In this document: positions 22,006 to 36,375 of the stretch, one piece after another | How the letters are laid out: each line of letters starts with the position of its first letter | How positions within the stretch are numbered: the stretch's first letter is position 1 | DNA from: Lepidodermella squamata | Taxonomy: Eukaryota; Animalia; Gastrotricha | Assembly: GCA_047495785.1 (NCBI GenBank) | Contig: JBLDXI010000040.1 | Coordinates: forward strand, 1 to 64,000 | Direction: 5' to 3' | Length of the DNA: 64,000 nt | Position numbers and translations under genes: made by a program | Notes under the pieces: generated by a model | What the model was told of the DNA's origin: nothing | Seen by the model: the letters and a program-made list of their open reading frames with translations, nothing else | Databases searched by the model: none

Positions 22006-24749
22006 CTTCTTATAAGGCCTGGCTTAATGAAACTGTGATAGTTTGATTAAAATTTGGAATAAAATGATGAAAGGAAATATTGGCTTAGTGCCAGTATGTT
22101 AATTTCTGAGGGTTGGCGTAAAATAAAATAAAAGTTGAAAAAAATTAGAGAGAAAAAGCACGTGCTTACGAGAACGAAAAACGAAAAACGAAACACATCT
22201 AATTCAATTTTATGAAAAGCCATGGATGCCGGTGGGTAGTCGTAGAAAGCCGTGGAAAACGATGGAAACCGCGCGGTTTCAATGGAAAGTCGTGCAATTG
22301 TGTGCGCGAGCGGTTGCGCAACCAAATCGCGACCGAAAGCCGTGGAAAGCGCGAGTGAGTGCGTGGAATTGTGTGGGCTATAACCACGGGCAGGAGAAAA
22401 GTCGATTTCGACGTTTTCCGCGTCGTTTTGAGAACAATGGCGCACATTAAACAATAGCGGGTTATTGTCATATGACTCGCATTCACATGCTGTTTTTCCT
22501 ATACAATTTCGCGATTTATAATTTTGCTGTTTTCTCGATTGAAAATTTCATCAAATGCACCTCTTTTTCTCAACAAAACGATATAAATTTCGTTCAAATA
22601 TTCTAATTTTTGGCCTACTTATATAAGCAGTCCTCCACGCCGCGCTGTCACCTGTTTTCTTTCACGAATTTTCCAATACATATATTATAAAAGCGGAATC
22701 AAAGGTGCGTGCTATAACTCGAAAAATTTGAGAATATACCTTGCTTTATTTTTTTATGACAAATTTTTTGGTGCTAAAACCGCCGTGAGACTCGCAAATT
22801 TTCCTTTAATTGTAGCGTTTGGCGCGCGTTTGATTTTTAGTGAAAATAAACATTTTGATTTTTCCGACTTTCGTCAAATTTTTGGACACCTTACCTTGAT
22901 AGCGCTCCCGTGTGAATACGCGTAAATGTAGCAATTTTCCGCTGAATTTTCAGAGACCAAGCCCGTCATTGCAGCCCTCATGGTTGTTAAAATATGAGAG
23001 GCGCGGTAAATCGCGTTCTTCATCCTATTTTTAGCGTGCCGGCGGCGTCTGCTCGCAGTCGGGTTCTGCCAAATTTAAAACGTATTTCACTGCTTTGTGT
23101 GCACGAAGAAATCACACTGGCCGACGTAGAATTTCAAGACGAAACGAACGAGACTAAGCTCATTGTTGTATCCCTCACAGTTTTTTGGCTATAATAGTTC
23201 CACCATAAAACTTGAAATTTTTCAATTTTGCTGTATTCGTAAACGAAGTACGATATTATGATATCAATATCGCCAAATTATAAAGAAATAGCTCCTCTGA
23301 CATCAGCCCGCGCGGCCGAACTTCAAACATTTTTAAATCTATGCGCGCGCCACCTGAGTCTAATACCACAAGTCACAAGGCGCGCCCAGGTTAAATTTAT
23401 TTTTAAAGCGAGCGCCCGCGGTCGTTAAATATCATCGTATTATGAAGCAATGCTGGATTCATGGCGCGCTCGAGAAATTAATAAATTATAACCGGCCTGT
23501 CTTTCTCGCGCGCAAGCGAGCTAATTTCTATATGATAAATTTAGGAAAATTAACAAAATAATAACAAATCAACGAAATGAAATTTGAATCTTTGCAAATT
23601 ACTTATTAGAAAATCTGTAGCTTGATATTGGTTAATATATGACGCTTCTTTTGTTTCAGGTTTCGTATTCGCATACAGCGAACCTTCGAAGATCGAGTAA
23701 ATCCTTAGGTAGAAAAAACTAAAAAAATGAATAAAATGAATAAGCTGAGAATCATGAAGAAATAAACACGTGTTTCTTTAATAAAAATAACGAAATTGCA
23801 AAAGGAAAAAGGAGTATAACTAAAAATTCTGTAGCGATCCAGCTTGAAAAAATCGAATCTTCGCCTAAAACACCGACGGCTTCGAGGATGAAGATGAAGA
23901 AAAAAGCCAACTAACCGTAATAGTGTTGCTCATATTTTGCCTCACACAAAAAACTGATATCATAGCATACACGGGTTGGACACTGTTTCATTGTAACGAA
24001 GTTTAGCGTCGTTTCGCTATACCATCTATGCCGTCAAACGCCTGTGGCTGTAACAGGCTTCAAAAAATTTTTGGATAATTAAGCTGCAGCTCATTGATAT
24101 GAAATTGAGAATCGTTTCGCCCTACGGCGATACATCATAGCACGCAGGCCGCTATGTTTGAACGCGGCAATATTAAACACTGTTTCACCCGTGTTTGTGA
24201 TAATGGCATAGGCTCTATAGCCACGCAACTTGGTAACAGTGGCAAAAGCGTTGTTTGGCCTGCGTCAAAGCAACGAGCAAACCGATTAATTCGCCAGTTG
24301 ATACACTCAAGCTTTATCATCAAACGCCGGTGGCTGTGGCAGGCCTCAAGAAAAAACGCAGATAATTAGCGTAGAGTTCATTGATACGACAGTTTATGCT
24401 TACCTCCTCTCTGACTTTTAAACCACGGATTGTCACCGCGCTCGGCCACTCTTCGAGGCGTATTAACTCGATAAGACCTCAAGGTAGCCGCGTTTGGAAG
24501 GAAGCAAATAAATGTCGTCCGGGAGACAGTGAATTATCCCGTTGTAAGGCATACATTTAGTTCCTTTCGACACGGCCTATGCGAGGGATTTCTGTTACAC
24601 CTAGCTGTTATTCAAATTGTATATAAGATACGGCAGTAACTACTGCGTTCGACAGAAGCTTTTGACTTTGCCTACAAAAGCAGCCTTATTTTTCCTTTTG
24701 CATCATCTTCTTTTTTCTGCCTTTCTAAATCCTAAAATATATTTCACGA

Positions 24750-25682
24750 ATGTTCGCTCTTAGTTGTGCCGTATTTCTGGCCATATTGACAAATAGCGAC
24801 GCTTGCCCAGCATCATCAACAGTAGGGACAACAACGACGACAACTACAACGCCATGCCCTTCTTTACCAGCATCCAACTCGCCAAGCCCGTCGCCAACAT
24901 GCTCGCCTGGTTCAAGCTGCGTCACATCAGCGGAAACTTGCTCATCACCGAACGTGTGCGTTACGTCAGCCCAGGCCTGTACTGATGCGACTAAATCATG
25001 CACAGCCACGGTGAAGATCTGGAACCTATTACAAAATCCTAATCTAATCTTATTTTGCAATGTAGCCTGTATTCAATCTATGTAAAATCGATACGATAGG
25101 CGGTCCAGGAATTGGCAAAAAGGGAACTAAATTTTGCCTCGCCAACGCCGGAGCCTGCAATCTCTTGACCGGCGGCACAGTAAAACCACTCATGTTACGT
25201 TGGCACTGCCTAATTTTATGCTCTATAGCAAGTTTCTGGGTCACCAAACACATTTTCCACCTTCGCCTTATGCTGCGCACAAACGGGGCCTAATGTCTTT
25301 TACGAGCCAGCTGTTATTACAGGATCTCCTCCAACATATACAATGATTTGCGTTGGGGCAACTTCCGGAGCTTCATACTTCATAACAGGCCCAGATCCTG
25401 GTAGCTCAGCTACACAGGGTACCTGCGTACGCTTCCCGAACACTGCTTCAGCACCAACCGACGTCGCCAACGAAAATTCCGGTTTTGTAAGATGCTTCTA
25501 AGACTTGTCTCATTTTTCCACATTATTAACTCTTATTACTTTAACAGACTAGAAGAGTTCCAGGCAACGGCTATCCAGACTATGCTATGTGCTGCTATTC
25601 CCTTGGCGGCAATTCAAATGCCCAGGTACCTGGGACTGTTTCCCTCTATGGACTGACAATTGAAAAATGCAGCACTCTTTGA
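24750..25682 (+). CDS. Secreted Cys/Thr/Ser-rich protein A (~255 aa); exons 24750-25010, 25066-25179, 25229-25486, 25548-25682
   Basis: Signal peptide; three phase-0 GT-AG introns join in frame; motifs KFCLANAGAC, FSTFALCCA, ICVGA, CVRFPNTA, YAMCCY, YGLTIEKC shared with paralogs. Confidence 0.88.
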
Positions 25683-25838
25683 AACAGCTTTGATCAAAGT
25701 CTTGCATCGACTGCATTGATGTTTTCACTTTATCGCCATTTGTTTCACCTGATAGCATTCCCTAGCAATTTATTGATGCAGACTAGAGATTACTCATCAG
25801 ATTTTCATTTTAAAGCTAATACTGCAGAAACAGTCACA

Positions 25839-26024
25839 TATCGATAGCGACGTTGAATAACTCGGATTTAGGCTTATTTACATCCATTTCAAGGTGATAG
25901 GTGACAAGTCTTTTGTTTTTGACTCTTTATTCACGTTGAAAAACCCGCTTTTTATTTGTAACGTGCGGCCTTGAAACGGATGTAAACAAGCCTAAAACCG
26001 AGTTATTCAACGTCGCTATCGATA
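25839..26024. mobile_element. MITE with ~56-bp terminal inverted repeats
   Basis: TATCGATAGCGACGTTGAATAACTCGG.. and its reverse complement; flanked by near-duplicated (A/G)GTCACA. Confidence 0.8.
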
Positions 26025-26144
26025 GGTCACATTATTTGTTGAGCAATTTCTCCGTTTCATTATTTGAATTTAGAAAGTAAAATACCTATACATGCAGAGA
26101 CATACAAAAATCGCGGCTTTTTGTTTTTTTTCGAGTTTTTCGAA

Positions 26145-26245
26145 TGTCCCTCTACGGACTGACTATTGAAAAATGCACCACTAGCTGAAAGACCTTTGTA
26201 TTGCATTGACTATTGGGCTGACGTTTTCATGTTATAACAATTTGT
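26145..26245 (+). pseudogene. Duplicated fragment of the 3' end of gene A
   Basis: TCCCTCTACGGACTGACTATTGAAAAATGCACC is similar to 25641-25675, with diverged 3'UTR following. Confidence 0.7.
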
Positions 26246-26734
26246 TGCCTTGCGGTTACTCGTCCAGATATGTACACATATACTTCTAAGTACAGGCTAG
26301 TGGCAAATTCTTTGCCCTTATTTGTAACCTTCCCTGAATCATTCGGGAATTAAATCCGTATTGGTTCTGACGCATAACAAATGTCGGTTTTATTGTGTAA
26401 ATGTTGCCGCTTGAGATTCATCTTTATACACTTTGAGCACCAAATCGGCTCAATTTGTAACTTCGAAGTTACAGGCGGATATTGCATGAGAATAATATTC
26501 ACTTCTTTTAATTGCATTCATTCTCGGGTGTGAGACTCTTCTGCCGCAGCCATGCTCTGAAGGAACAATTCGGAAATCAACAGAGTGTAATTTTTACAAG
26601 ACTCGCCCATTCCAAGCTCCTGAACAATCTGTGCAAAGTGAAGACAGCTAATGAAATTCCAAAATAGCACAAATTTCGCAGCAATAACTTCAGCCACAAC
26701 GGCTCACTCTAGTATGCATATACCATTTCGCGTG

Positions 26735-27692
26735 ATGGAGCAGATCGGAAAATGGGCCAGCCTCTGTTAGCTTATTCCATCTCTTATTCCTACACAAAAG
26801 GTATCGCTTTCCAATCGCTGCGATCTGCCTCAACGTCACCCAATGCATTCTGAGCTAATCAAACTTCGTTCTAGTAAGCCTCGTTATGTTCGAATTATTT
26901 CAAAAGGGTTGCAATGCGAGAGATGTCGAGGTCCTGTTACACCTTCTGTGGGCCAGTGCTTCAACAATAGCCCCTATTCTGGTATATTCAGGTTACGCTT
27001 ATGTGATGGCCCTGAAGTGGGCGTACGAATCGGCTGCAAATATCATTGGAACGCAAATCGTTTTCTCTCCGATTCTACTTGCCGGACTTTACGCCGAGAA
27101 CTACACTCGGGCCGATTTCGACTTTGGAACAAAAGAACCATTGCTTATCGATTTCAGGCGTTCTGTTCATCATTGAAATCGTTCAATTGGCAAATTTCCG
27201 ATGCAAACCTTCAGCTGAATCATCCGTCTTGGAAATTGGATCCAGTTCACTCCTGAATCCACCGAAATTCTTCTGCTATGGAAGTATCGAACAGAGCTTG
27301 AAAACTGTTCGAGCCTGTTTGACGTTGACAGTCATTCTAATGCTGTTAGCTTATGAAATCGGCGAATCTTCATTGGCCTGCTTAAATAAAGATAAGGATT
27401 CAGTGACAACTGTTTTACTGATCCCAGCACTCTACACTCTATCGAGCCATTTCTTCTTCACGCTAATGATGTTGCCCAAGGACAAGCTGTATAACGTTGG
27501 AACGATTTTGTATGCCCTTATACATGGGGTTGATTTTTCGGTGATTCTGTGCGTAGCTTGGCATTGCTGTACTTTACAGCGATGGGGAATTTCAAGTTCA
27601 AGCTTGAATGTTTAGCCCTGATAGGGGCTGAATTTGTTCTGTGGATTTTCGATGTGGCAGCTAAATTTTATGCATATCGCAGCCTGCATTAA
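26735..27692 (+). pseudogene. 8-TM family pseudogene, closest to member 4; start approximate
   Basis: KRYRFPIAAICLNVTQCILS*..LWAS..YSGYAY; IIEIVQLANFRC; SSHFFFTLMMLP; AEFVLWIFDVAAKFY. One in-frame stop and two frameshifts. Confidence 0.82.
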
Positions 27693-28115
27693 TCTCTTGC
27701 AACATTTTGACAAATAAAACAAGAAGACTTCACTTGCAAATTGTTCGTTATTATCGTAGAAGAAATCGATAATAAAATAGTTGCACAAACAATGAGGAAC
27801 GTTGAGATTAAGGGTAAGAACGAAGTTTAAAAATAAAGCCTAAATTATGTGTAGTTTCTTGGTCGCTTGTAGCGATAAAAAGTGTATTCTCAAGTAACTG
27901 ACCATTTCAAAAGCATCCTAACATGCAGGTATTGGCATGTGAGCATCGTTTTTAAGCAGTGTAGCCATTACCTTGTTTCATATTCTATCGCGTTAATATT
28001 ACTATTGACATGCTAGCTTTTATATCTGTCATCCTGGCTATTCAGACTGAATTTGGCCATTTTTACTTTATTTCACTGAAATGAAGTGAAAATATGATAG
28101 ATGATACACCGGCGC

Positions 28116-28167
28116 GTTACCATAGCAACGGTTGCGTGAGAAATACCTAGCAACCGTTGCTATGGAT
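28116..28167. promoter_or_regulatory. RFX X-box cluster upstream of Cys-rich gene B
   Basis: GTTACCATAGCAAC (28116-28129) fits the X-box consensus GTTNCC-N0-3-RGYAAC; two further half-sites CCTAGCAAC and GTTGCTATGG; 80-130 bp before the ATG. Confidence 0.6.
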
Positions 28168-28246
28168 TGCGTAACAACATTTTTCTCCCCCCTTTCCCTC
28201 ACAAAATGATCAAATTTCAGCTAAATTGCTAGAATTTAGGTGCGGA

Positions 28247-29177
28247 ATGGCGAAATTCCGAGTTTGCTTAATCTTTGTTACTGCAATTTCATCATCGCTA
28301 GTCAAAGGAAACAATGCTTGCGCCCCAGCTGGAAGAGATAGCTCGACATTTGTACCATTCACGCAACCACCCGGCACCATGGTGTACGTATCCGTAGACA
28401 ATCTATGCATGGACAAATCTAAAAGCTGTGTCCCAACCACGAATCCGTGCCGGGATACATCAAAAAGCTGCCTGTCATCTGCTAATCCATGTACAGGGGG
28501 TCAAACATGCCAAGTACCGGTGAGAAGCGAATGCATTTTTCGATGAATTTTTCTGATTATTTACTTCAATATAGAAGTCGTTTAATCTCTGCCAGATCCC
28601 CACTCAAGGAGGTTTTGATTTCACGCAAGTCGTTAAATACTGCCTAGCTAATCCTGATGTTAGCTGCGAAGTCTTAACTGGTGGATCAAAAGCTCCGGTT
28701 AGTCTTGAAATTGATCGCATTTGGCTTTGAAACTAATTGGCTCAATGCCAGCTGTCACCAGCTTTCACGTCGTTCGATCTTTGCTGCGCCTCTACAACAT
28801 CGTTCGCTTCAAATATCAGATTCGAACCTATACCGCAAGACTTTGCCCCGGTTTACGCCTGTGTCGGGGCGGCTTCACCGCGGCCGTATTCGATAACAGG
28901 CGAAACTTACGATTCAGCACAGGGTTACTGCATTCGCTGGCCTCACACGGCCATGAATAACAAGTCAGCCCAGATTTACACACGTTTGGTAAAACTTTCG
29001 ATTTCCTGATTTTTCGTGAATAATTCTTAAAATTAGGCTGTGAAAGGAGGTATCTATCAATTCGAAAGTTTCTCCGCATGTTGCCTCGCACTTGGAAGTA
29101 CGGCAGGTGCTTCGGGGAGTCTCACTGCAACAGCTTACGGCATCTCAGGCTGGGAAGCTTGTTATTCCAGTAATTGA
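28247..29177 (+). CDS. Secreted Cys-rich protein B (~257 aa); exons 28247-28519, 28575-28697, 28752-28988, 29037-29177
   Basis: Signal peptide; same three phase-0 introns as A; VKYCLAN..SC, FTSFDLCCA, CVGAA, CIRWPHTA, FSACCLALG. Confidence 0.88.
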
Positions 29178-29999
29178 ACAGAGCTGCTAAATATTGAGAA
29201 GTTAAAGCTTTCATTTTCATTAATTCATTTGTCAATAAAATATTGATAGGCAACATATTTTTCGCATTTATTTGAAATATCTTCTCATTACAGACATAAA
29301 GTTAGGTATCGAGCAGAAAAATAACACACAATTTGAATTATAATGAATTATCAGCCGAAATCTTCACAAGGCAGAGAAGATTTAAACCAAGTTAGGGATC
29401 CTCGACGGGAAAGAGAAAGGTGAATCCTGAGATTGCGAAGGTCTCCCCAAATTTGAATCATAAATTGTCGATTATTCTAAATCTAAGTATTCGCTATTAA
29501 AATACCATACCAATGTTCCCAGTCTCTCAACGGAATGTTATTTCCCATAGCAATCCCCAACTTTTCATTAGTTATAGTATTTCTATCATACTTTTTCGTA
29601 AACCTTCTCATGCGCTACGAACTCCTTAAAAACCTTTGCTTGAGAATTCAAATTTCGACTTGCTCGGTTCAAGTGGTCTAGAATGGTCTGAAGCTCAAGA
29701 GTCCAGAATATCAGTAGTAATAGAGTATAATATATACTATACGTATCCTATACTGACTACTGTTAAAGTCTTTTTTCGAAAACAAACCAGGCACTGCATG
29801 CCCAAGTGACGAGACAACTCTTTCAATGTTAAATAAACTGCAAAGCAAACTAGCGGCAGTTAATGGTAATCTATTACATACTATATTTCTACTTCTATGA
29901 ATTCCAATCGACCAGACAGTAATTCCTCTTCCCGCCTCTTAAATTGTTTTTCTCTTGTTTGCATTTCTCAACATAGTTTCCGTTGATTCGCCGCGTAAG

Positions 30000-31935
30000 G
30001 CTGAGCACTGAGCACATTTGCAGCTTTGAAAGGCCTCAGTGTAGCCCTGTTTGTCTCGTATGAGGCGAGAGAGGGTGTGCCGAGAGCGAAAAACAGCGTG
30101 CGGAGTGTCAACCGATGCCCGAGGTCGTCGACAGTAACAGACTCGCTGGTAAAACTGGTTAAGGTTCTAATTTCAGTACATTTTTACTATGAAAAAATAA
30201 ATTCATAGTAAATTCATGGCTGACTGAGCCATCGAAATATCGAACAGAATCGATCTTTCTTGAGACGTTAAGATTAGGAATTTAGGCTACAGAAGAGGAA
30301 TAAGGTCACTATACCGTATAGCTACTAAATCTGTAGACTGTAGACTCATTAGCATCGTGGCTCTTAAATTCTTCTCCCAATTTAACGATTTGAATCTAAG
30401 AACAAATTCAGTATAGTACGTGGATATCAATATCAATAATGGCAGCAAAAAAGCCAAGCTTTATCGGCTCAGCAGCATCATTAACCTAATCTGTCGACTC
30501 AATAGCATCGTGTGGCTCTTCCATTCTTCTCCCAGTCTCTTAATTAATTGCAATCGATTTCTTTTTATTCTGAAAAATTCACGCCTACAAGCCGTGAAAA
30601 TACTTTCCCTTCTTTTGCCGAATGTTGACCAACATCGAACAACTGCGTGGCTAAAAGTGGATCGTGTTGTTAAAAATGATGTAGCTTGGAATTTCGTATC
30701 CATAGAATTCGATGCCCTGGAGGTAATCTTTACCGATAGGCATCTCATTGCTCGATCGGCTTAATAGAATCGTGGCTATTCAATTCTTCGCCGAATCTCT
30801 CAGTCTTAATTAATCGGAATCAATTTCTTTTTCTTCACAATCCGTGAAAAAACATCCCCGGCTTTTACCGATGAACAACGAACACCTGCATGGCTAAAAG
30901 CGGATAAAGTTGCCCCTCTTTCAAGGAGCTGGTTAATCAAAGTCGAACGTTAGCTTACTGAAAGATTTAAAATCTAGTTTGGAAATGTTCAGCGCAACCA
31001 CTGGATCCCCCAGTCTTGATTAATTGGAATCGCTTTCTTTTTATCCTGAACAATTTCACGCCCACTTGCCGTGAAAATACTTTCCCGTCTTTTGCCGATT
31101 GTTGACTAACATCGAACAGCTGCGTGGCAAAAACTGTATCGTGCTGTTAAAAATGATTAATCTAGCTTGGAATTTCGCATCCAATTCTACGGCCCCTGTG
31201 TAGATCAGAGGTAAATGCATATTTTAAATTAGATGTTGGCGCTAATTTTCGTTAGACCCTACACTGGACATCACCGTATCGAATGACTGGAAGTTTCTAC
31301 TCCGCGAAGATTTGCTATATAGCCTTAACACTTAATGTGTTTTTGGTTGGAATGAAATCTCGGAAAGACGGAAAGGCGAACGAAATGCATCTAAGAACAA
31401 GCTCAGTTTAGTACCGAGTTCTGTATAGCAGCGGTTGTACGGCTCAGTCTTAATCTTAATCTTTCGCCAAATTCAACACTCACAGGGGAATGGAATCACA
31501 CGACCAACTTCATCGCTATAGAGGACTCTTCCTATGTGATGCTAGTTCTATCGCGTAACGCTGAGCACAATTGCAGCTTGGAAAGGCCTCAGTGTAGCCC
31601 TGTTTGTCTCGTATGAGGCGAGAGAGGGCGGGTCGAGAGCGAAAAACAGCGTGCGGAGTTTCAACCAATGCCCGAGGTCGGCGACAGTAACAGACTCGCA
31701 TGTAATACTTGTTAAGGTTCTAATTTCAGTACATTTTTACTATGAAAAAATGAATTCATAGTAAATGATAGTCATGGCCGATTGAGCCATCGAAATATCT
31801 AACAGAATCGAACTTTCTTCTGTATAGATGCAGCGGTTGTACGGCTTGCGGCCCAGTATTACTCTTAATCTTTCGCCACATTCAACACTCACAGGGGAAT
31901 GGAAACACACGACCAACTGCATCGCTATAGATAAT
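30000..31935. repeat. Decayed local duplications
   Basis: ~30010-30260 resembles ~31560-31820; ~30530-30705 resembles ~31010-31185; ~31428-31520 resembles ~31830-31930. Confidence 0.8.
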
Positions 31936-32041
31936 TCTTCCAATGTGATGTTAGTTCTATCCTCTCAGATGCTCTCAGATGCGCTAATGTCGCTCAACTT
32001 TCTAAAGATTTTCCCTTCCCTCTTCCTCCTTCCCCTTCACC

Positions 32042-32189
32042 CATAGAGCGAAGTAGGACCGCGGAACTGATAGGGATAAGGAAAGTCGACATAAGGGTCC
32101 CCCCTTTGGTCTTTTTCTGAGCTCACCTTGCGGACCGATGGAACTGGTAGGGATGATCCCTACCATCCCTAGCGGTACTTCGTTCTCTG
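32042..32189. mobile_element. hAT-type MITE
   Basis: Imperfect TIR CATAGAGCGAAGTA / TACTTCGTTCTCTG; perfect 8-bp TSD CCTTCACC. Related ends at ~34448, 39141, ~50203 and 57654. Confidence 0.75.
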
Positions 32190-35100
32190 CCTTCACCTCT
32201 TCCCCGCCTCGCTACTTGCTATATTATCCAGAAGTAGTGATAACGACCTTCTGTTCATCATCCCAAATAAGAATTCTGCTACTGATAATATGAATCTAGT
32301 AATTCTAAGTGAGTATTAACGATTCGGCCATTCGTTTTTTGCTAATCTCGTCTCTGCGTTTAGCAGACCCAGCGAGTTGTGGAGATTCATTCCTCGGCTA
32401 CGATCTTCAGGTCTATTACGGTTTAAATTTTTTGAAATGGACAATGTAACTCCTTCCATCCTCAGAAGGAGCATAATAGCTACCCAAATTTAAAGAGACT
32501 TGAAACTGAGAGACTAATAACCCAAAGGACTAAAAAAGCTCAGAGTGATTCCATACGAGAATCAAATTAAAGTTTGGAGTTTCTAACAACTCCTTGGTTC
32601 CACTGGTATGAATTGGAACCCCCGTAATTCATATATTTCTACACATACAGATTTGTACTTTATCCGATATAAAACCCCTTAAATGATGGCTGAGATGTGG
32701 AGCCTTGAGTCAAAGGAAGCTTTACCAATACAGAAGATGAATGAGAGAAGGAATTTGAGAGTTCCATTCAGAAACCGCGGTCAATAAGCTCGATTGATCC
32801 TTCGATCGATCCCTTGAAACCAGGGCCTTATGCTGAATTTGTTCTTAGATCCAAGCCTGCATCAGCCTGTTTCTCCAAGGTGTATCAGCCTTGAGAAGTT
32901 TCAGTAGGAATGATTCAAAATTAATCAGAAAATTACTCACAAGTAGCAGCTTTAGGGGTAGCAGCTCCAAGCCAACCGGAATCTTAGCTGTAATGGTTTC
33001 GATTCGAAATGAAACTGTGGAGGTCAGGAATGTTAGTGTTAGGTGTATGTATAAGCCGATGAGAAATGCTTTACCTGAGGAATCGTTGAATTGACTACTG
33101 TGGTTCTCAGCCATTAGAAGCCAGATTTTAAAGCGGCAGCCCTGCCTGGCCAATCGTCACCGGGCTGTGTTGCACCACCACACAGCTAATGCAATCGCAC
33201 GAAGGTAATTTGCCGCGGCGCTGAGGCCGCGTTAAAATCCTGCCAACCACCCTCGGCTATACACGAGAAAAGAGCCAGTCACGCTTCGAGTTGAAAGCAG
33301 GTGCAATACCTACGGCCTGTGTGTATCAAATGCGCTGCCCTAATGTTATAGCGTCAATAAAGCCTACCTTTCTGCTAGGTTCACGACGGCCGGCGCGATG
33401 TTTTAATGTTAAGATGGCTTTATGAGCGGCATCTTTTTCCCCCATAGCCGCTCTCCGTGTGTTGTTTTTGCCTCAACTCAAGCTGGTCGAGCGCGGGCTC
33501 AAAGGTCCTGGGATCGAATCGCCCCATTCCCTAAGGTAAGATCCTAATAGGTGCAAATGGACGAGGTTTGGTGCGAATCCATTGAATTGTGTTGATGGCT
33601 CTATTTTTCTATGGCTCCGGAAGGAATAGCTTGCTGACCCCCGGAACTGAGTGTCCTCCGACTTTAGACCTCTGATACTTTCTTGCCACCAGAACCATCC
33701 CAAGTTTCCAGCCGCGCAGATCGAAGGGTCGCATTTAAGATCGCAGTAGATTAATGATTCTTACAACCATAAGAGAGTCAATTTTGAGTGCCATTGGAAC
33801 CTTTTCGGCAGTTTACTGGAACTGGATCTCCATCGCTCGTTGAAGCCAAGTAAGGGATTTCGGGATTTTGGAGTCCGAATCAAAGGCGCCGATTATTAGC
33901 TCTTAATGCGCATTCAGTCCATGGAATATCAACGTAAATCTTCATAATGAATCTATTGGCAGAAAAAGATCATAAATCATGTAAAAGACGCTCAGTTTGG
34001 TGGGAATCTAGATTTTGGGGCGCCTTATCCTCGACACCTGGAATGCCACCCTCAGCTAATAGTTCGCGAAGTGGGATCCTAGAGCTAATGAGAATTTTCG
34101 CGCCCAAGTTGTATTGCTAGAAGGTATCCCTGCGGTTATTTTGGATTCTACCTTGGCCTTGCGAACTGGGGGGACGATATCCCCCTTTCCCCCAAGTACT
34201 TCGCGCATGGGAGAGGAGAGCCCATATACACATCATTTCAAAGTAAATAATGACTTTGAAAAAGCTAGGAAAAACCTATTTGCATCGCTTTTTAGCTGAA
34301 CTTAACAAAGGCGAAGTTCAATGAACTTCATGGAACATAATATCGGCGAGAAATGGAGAATTTCTGGGGTCCGAGATTTTGCAGAATCCTCGTCAGTAAA
34401 GTAATTCAGAATATTTAAGACGGCGGATTTATCTGCCAGAGATCGAACAGGGAGCGAAGTACAGGACGTACAGAACCCTCCAGCTCTGGAGGTCTAGACA
34501 AGAAAACCCAGAAAACCACACAGACCAAAGAACACTTTTGTCCGACAAATTCAGGGCCAAAAATAGCCGTGAGTACCCCAGCGCGAGGATCCTACTTCGT
34601 ACTTCTTGAAAACTAGTTAAATTAGTCAATAATGGGAAGAATTAGCCAATTGGGATGATTTTAGTATGAATTGAGCCGAGGAGATAAGCTTACAGGTCCA
34701 AAGAGTAACATTAGTCTAAAATTTAGGAATTAAGGTAGCTGTTATGGAGAGGTAATCAAAACGTTTCAGGAGATCGCAAATGAAGATGAATTTTAGTCGA
34801 CTGAAAAAGACGCGTCAAAACCGTCAAGAATCGCAGCTATTAAATTTTCTACTCCAAAAAAAAACACACGCGGGCAGGATAATTACCTACTCGCCACGCG
34901 GTTGAATGTTATATACCTATAAGAAAAATATTATTGCCTCAGCTACGAGAAGATTCGTCTATTATTGCCTTTGTTGGCAACGCAACAACGTATAACGCCA
35001 TTAGGTATGTGGATGCGTCTGGTCGCCATCAAATGCATCGGCGTTTTATCGCCGGTATTGTCGCGAAGTGAGGACACAACGCGCGCGCGCTCGTCTTTCG

Positions 35101-36375
35101 TAATGCGCGAATGACGGCTAAATTTTCATTTACAATGAACAACCAAACGGTCATCGCGCGCGCGCGCGGGATAGAGAGAAGCGCACCGGTAGTAGCCCTG
35201 CGAAGAGTTGTTTTCGACGCGGTGGCTCGCTTTTATACTGGTTTTGAAATTAAACCTTTGTCTTAGCGCGGGGTTACATTATTAGCTGCACATCTTCGTA
35301 TAATATATGCTCTTTGCTAGATAATATGATTTCTTACCTTTGAGACATACATTTTTCCGTGATAGCTACTTGAAAACTGTATATACTAACCTACAAGTAG
35401 CTACTTCTGAAACTCTTGAGTTACATTGATCACATGGTCCTTTGGTCAATATTTTGATCACCAAATCCTCGACAGGAATATGGTATATTATCGATAAGAA
35501 GAGCTTTATTAATAATATATCTTCCACATTCAGGATAGGCTGGATTTAGGCTCTGATTTTATCCCTTAAAGTCAGTTTATTTCATTGACTAGGTCCAATT
35601 TTCTTTAGGCCGAATAAATCCTTTCGGTGAGTCTAGGCGCACTCACCGAAGGCGTCCCAAGCTTGTGAGGTATCCACAAATTAGCTTCTCAAATTATTAG
35701 TGCATGAGTCAGAAGTCATATCATACACTGACACATTTCATACTCTAAAATTACTCATAACTTCTCGCACGAATTTAAAGAAACTCTCGGGTTACCTTGG
35801 AAGGGCCGTAGAAACCTCCTGAGACCCGATCCCCTATGTGCGAGAGATATCACTAATTAATCTGTAAAAACTGCTGATCGACCGAATAAATGGTATTCCT
35901 TATGATATTGAGAGACTAGATAAGGTTTGCAAAGGCAACTTTCTATTTCGCATCGATTGCACCGGAACAAAATTTATAGCTATTTTAATCGGGCCCAGAT
36001 AAACGCCCTTGCAATTTCGGTTTAAAGAATTTCCCTGGAGCATGAATATTGGTCTATTAAGTATTAAGAGATTCGCAGGTCAAAGGGGGTTCTCATAAGG
36101 CAACAGCTTTTGGCCAGAAACACGCATTTCGTCTCAATAATTATTCCATAGAGCCCGAATTTCCCCAACAACCCGAATGTGGTTATGCTTTGGTTACTAG
36201 TTACTAGAATGGTGATATTCTGTGAAGTTTTTCAGATTCATAGAATTTTCCCTTGAAATGCTGTATTTCATTCCTATACCATTCCTATTATTAATCCTTT
36301 CCTTCTTCGATATAGGCTTGTTTTTTATTTTCTATTTCTCCATCCTAAGATTTTCGTTGAGAAAATCTAGGTGAG

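Larger units (their letters stand above)
16303..22400 (-). mobile_element. Decayed non-LTR retrotransposon (Jockey/I-group-like), RT domain deleted; outer boundaries approximate
   Basis: ORF1 with RRM-like region and three Cys/His knuckles; ORF2 with APE endonuclease; ORF2 homology stops at the first RT motif (~16692). Confidence 0.9.

Noticed and set aside
23020-23915. Small spliced gene from scattered acceptor-like sites
   Set aside because: I could not assemble a consistent reading frame or recognise a product.
33470-33530. tRNA gene or tRNA-derived SINE head
   Set aside because: A- and B-box-like words are present, but no cloverleaf can be formed and no second copy is seen.
35080-35170. 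(CG)n runs as a Z-DNA regulatory element for the homeobox gene
   Set aside because: Runs are short, lie ~1.2 kb upstream, and have no supporting evidence.
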